Part shown: positions 61,461-64,000 of the stretch, in pieces | Layout of the letters: every line of letters begins with the position of its first letter | How positions within the stretch are numbered: the first letter of the stretch is position 1 | Virus record (IMG/VR): IMGVR_UViG_3300033153_001312 | Source: an uncultured virus (IMG/VR IMGVR_UViG_3300033153_001312) | Taxonomy: Duplodnaviria; Heunggongvirae; Uroviricota; Caudoviricetes; Crassvirales | Direction: 5' to 3' (one strand) | Length of the DNA stretch: 64,000 nucleotides | Position numbers and translations under genes: made by a program | Notes under the pieces: model-generated | Told to the model about the DNA's origin: nothing | Databases searched by the model: none | The model's input: the letters and a program-made list of their open reading frames with translations, nothing else

Positions 61461-61480
61461 GTCGTTTCTGTTTTTTTATA

Positions 61481-61873
61481 TTAAAATTTATAGGTTAAAC
61501 TTAATTTAAGTTCACCCTCACTGTCTTCGGATTCCATATCCATTAAATATGATGGTTCAATGTATAAATTATTCCATACATTTAATGCATAACCTACTCC
61601 TAAAGAAATTTCTTCTTCTTCAGTCATTAGTCCGTATGCATATAAATGTTCACCAAAAGAATATCTTGCTACTAAATTATAATCATCCCCATTCATCATT
61701 ATACCTGCACTTATTTTATCCATAGAATACATTACTCCTATGTTGTCTGTTAAATTATCTAAACTTATTTCTTCACCTTCAGCTGGTGAACTTACCATAC
61801 TTGTTACCATAAATTGTGCTGAAGCTACTGATGTAAATAAACTTAATAATACTACTAATAATATATTTTTCAT
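61481..61873 (-). CDS. Small outer-membrane beta-barrel protein
   Basis: Signal peptide ...SVASA|Q, alternating beta strands, C-terminal LSLTYKF beta-signal. Confidence 0.7.
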   Translation of the reverse strand: MKNILLVVLLSLFTSVASAQFMVTSMVSSPAEGEEISLDNLTDNIGVMYSMDKISAGIMMNGDDYNLVARYSFGEHLYAYGLMTEEEEISLGVGYALNVWNNLYIEPSYLMDMESEDSEGELKLSLTYKF

Positions 61874-61885
61874 TTTTTTGTTTTT

Positions 61886-62605
61886 TTAGTTTAAGTATGC
61901 TTTTCCATTAGTTGGATCAGCAAATGTTATTGTTACTTGATTCAAAGAATCATATTGTACATCACCGTAAACGGTTATATTAGCGTTATTGACTACACTT
62001 ACTGATGGGTATTTATTTAATCCATGATTTACCACCCAAGGGTTTGCATTTGTTGCTTGAGTGAACACATAATTTTTATCACCAGCAGTTTGTCCATACG
62101 TCAGCAAAGATATAAAATAATCTTTGTTGTTTATTAAGCTACCTGACCCTACTAAAGAGGTAAGTCCAATATCATAAAAAGTAGGTTCGGCACTGTCTTG
62201 ACTTACGCTTGTAAAGGTAAATAACCCAAAACTTGATGGATCATCACATTGAGAAATTAACACAGAAGAGTTTAATAAAGGTACTGAATAATAAGAAGAT
62301 ACGTCTACTGAAGAGTTTAACGTAAATTGACTTAACATAAAAGTAGTAAGACTTGTAAAATTAGGATTACCTGCGTCTGATGTTGCAAAAGAGATAGAAC
62401 CGTTATTTCTTGTTTCTCCTGTTTTCCAATTTTGATATCTATACCTTAATGCATTTACCTCTATTTTGTTAAAGGTATTTAGAAATATCGCAACATCATT
62501 AGCTGTAAAGTTTTTTGTTGCATCAGCATTTGCAGCATCTGTCCCAATCCATTTGTCTGCACCCAGAATTACACTTTGTATTGGATACGATGCTATTTTT
62601 GCCAT
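61886..62605 (-). CDS. Virion structural protein (fibre-associated)
   Basis: N-terminus like the 49947 fibre; C-terminal WVVNHGLNKYPSVSVV. Confidence 0.55.
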   Translation of the reverse strand: MAKIASYPIQSVILGADKWIGTDAANADATKNFTANDVAIFLNTFNKIEVNALRYRYQNWKTGETRNNGSISFATSDAGNPNFTSLTTFMLSQFTLNSSVDVSSYYSVPLLNSSVLISQCDDPSSFGLFTFTSVSQDSAEPTFYDIGLTSLVGSGSLINNKDYFISLLTYGQTAGDKNYVFTQATNANPWVVNHGLNKYPSVSVVNNANITVYGDVQYDSLNQVTITFADPTNGKAYLN

Positions 62606-63009
62606 TACTTATTTTTTATTTTAGTTCCTTTTTCATATGAACGACCACCGAAGTAGGCCGCAACAGTTGTCATAAGTAAAAGTTTTAATAATTCCTTCCA
62701 CTCATCATCTACTACAAAGGTAGTAAAACTTGAATCAATAAAAATAAGCACGGTTGTACAGAAAATTAAAAAAATTAATACAGCTGGTCTTACTGATTTA
62801 GACAAAGCATTATCAGATGTCATATCACTATTCCATCTTTCACTAATATTTTTTTGTTCGTCAGCAACTGCATTATTAAAAACGTCTAACATTGCTTTTT
62901 TTGCTTCTATTTTTTCATCTGGTGTGTGAACAAAGCGATCAACCACGTCACTAACCTTGTTAGCCACGTCAATTCCTTTGTTTCCGAGAATTTTTGCCCA
63001 TATATTCAT
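62605..63009 (-). CDS. Holin (GTA-type 3TM holin family)
   Basis: RWNSDMTSDN.LSKSVRP, hydrophobic helices, AYFGGRSYEK; next to the endolysin. Confidence 0.8.
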   Translation of the reverse strand: MNIWAKILGNKGIDVANKVSDVVDRFVHTPDEKIEAKKAMLDVFNNAVADEQKNISERWNSDMTSDNALSKSVRPAVLIFLIFCTTVLIFIDSSFTTFVVDDEWKELLKLLLMTTVAAYFGGRSYEKGTKIKNK

Positions 63010-63422
63010 TTTATATCTTTATATTCTTCTTTTGCATCAAAACTTGGACACATTTTTGAGGAAAAATCACAATGTCCGTAAATTATAGCTTCTTTATGTG
63101 CTTTTTTTAACATTTTTAGCAAAATAATTAATGATTCTTTTTGTTTTTCTGTTCTTGTGTCTTCCCATTCTGTCATTTCTTTATCCATCCCTCCAATATA
63201 ACAAATTCCTATGCTATCATAGTTGTGACTTGCAACGTGTGCTCCATATTTATCCACCATTCGGCCATATTCTATTGAGCCATCAAGTCTAATAACAAAA
63301 TGATATCCAATATCATCCCATCCATTTCCTTTTACGTGCCAATCACGTATATCTTCTGCTGAAAAATCTTTATTGCGTGGAGTAGCCGAACAATGAACAA
63401 TAATTTTTTTTATTGCTCTCAT
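63006..63422 (-). CDS. Endolysin, N-acetylmuramoyl-L-alanine amidase (T7 lysozyme-like)
   Basis: IIVHCSAT, GWDDIGYHF, GAHV, SIGICYIGG, GH...KMCPSF. Confidence 0.95.
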   Translation of the reverse strand: MRAIKKIIVHCSATPRNKDFSAEDIRDWHVKGNGWDDIGYHFVIRLDGSIEYGRMVDKYGAHVASHNYDSIGICYIGGMDKEMTEWEDTRTEKQKESLIILLKMLKKAHKEAIIYGHCDFSSKMCPSFDAKEEYKDIK

Positions 63423-63425
63423 TCA

Positions 63426-63692
63426 TTATTTTCTTAGTTGATATATTCTGTCGTCTAACCTATTTAGAGTTTCTTTCATTTCTAACATTTCTGTTTTTAT
63501 AAATACTAACTCTTTTTGAATTTCTATCATTTGCTCAGTAGGAGTCTGACTTGGTTTTGGTAATTCTTTTGCCTCTTCTATTTGGGCTTGCAAAGAATAA
63601 TACATTCCCACCATACTTCCTACTAACACTATTATAGTAAAAAAGTTTTTAGGACTTAAACTAAATTTGGTGTTTTCAGAAATAACTGTCAT
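63426..63692 (-). CDS. TM plus coiled-coil protein in the lysis cluster
   Basis: FFTIIVLVGSMVGMYY followed by heptads. Confidence 0.6.
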   Translation of the reverse strand: MTVISENTKFSLSPKNFFTIIVLVGSMVGMYYSLQAQIEEAKELPKPSQTPTEQMIEIQKELVFIKTEMLEMKETLNRLDDRIYQLRK

Positions 63693-63693
63693 A

Positions 63694-64000
63694 TTACCAA
63701 ATACCTATTGTGTTATCTCTAACTGCAGCGGTTGTATTCGTTTCATAAACTTGTAAAACTTGTACAGGTAAATAATTACCAACTATAAAATTTGTAAATT
63801 GAATAACATTTCCAGCTACAGTTTTTACTTGTACATTAACATACTCTTCACCAACATTAGATATCGTACCACTTTTTCCTATATATAATAAACATCCTTC
63901 TGAGGAAGCTATTCTTTCTGAAGCCAAAGGACCTCCTTGGAATATTGTGTAATCTTCATCTGTCGCAAAAACATTAGCAGAAACTGATAAGACATTTGCA
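63694..64000 (-). CDS. Structural protein, 5' end cut by the window edge
   Basis: Frame open to position 63999 (ANVLSVSANVFATDEDYTIFQGG...LYIG...LPVQVLQV). Confidence 0.6.
   Translation of the reverse strand, partial: ANVLSVSANVFATDEDYTIFQGGPLASERIASSEGCLLYIGKSGTISNVGEEYVNVQVKTVAGNVIQFTNFIVGNYLPVQVLQVYETNTTAAVRDNTIGIW

Larger units (their letters stand above)
1..64000. mobile_element. Tailed dsDNA bacteriophage genome segment (podovirus-like, probable Bacteroidota host)
   Basis: Terminase-portal-scaffold-capsid block, fibres, holin-amidase and phage replication/recombination genes; no cellular housekeeping operons. Confidence 0.95.

Overview
This AT-rich window is most of a tailed dsDNA phage genome, probably a podovirus-like phage of a Bacteroidota (Flavobacteria-type) host. 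Host evidence: repeated TAnnTTTG -7 promoters, A-rich leaders without Shine-Dalgarno sites, a BT4734/VirE-N primase, and a signal peptide followed by Gln. Layout: (i) 1-4.7 kb, minus strand: small basic proteins, a TM-protein/lipoprotein pair, and phage GroEL plus GroES; (ii) 4.2-5.1 kb, a largely non-coding switch region with a candidate origin; (iii) 5.1-19.3 kb, plus strand: early and replication genes (two short C5-methyltransferase-like genes, DUF3310, DnaA-C-like HTH, ERF annealase, PD-(D/E)XK exonuclease, SSB-like, primase-helicase, SF2 helicase, VRR-NUC); (iv) 19.3-64 kb, minus strand: virion and lysis genes (2624-aa zincin-containing protein, tail proteins, capsid, scaffold, portal, terminase, tandem GroES-like protein, fibres, small OMP, holin, amidase). 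I recognised no DNA or RNA polymerase, integrase, tRNA or CRISPR array. The most notable unexplained signals are three covarying intergenic hairpins between early genes, three multibranch RNA-like folds, a TGGAATA element duplicated between the switch region and the primase leader, and a ~60-aa module found in several unrelated virion proteins. All product calls come from motifs read by eye and from gene order, not from database searches.
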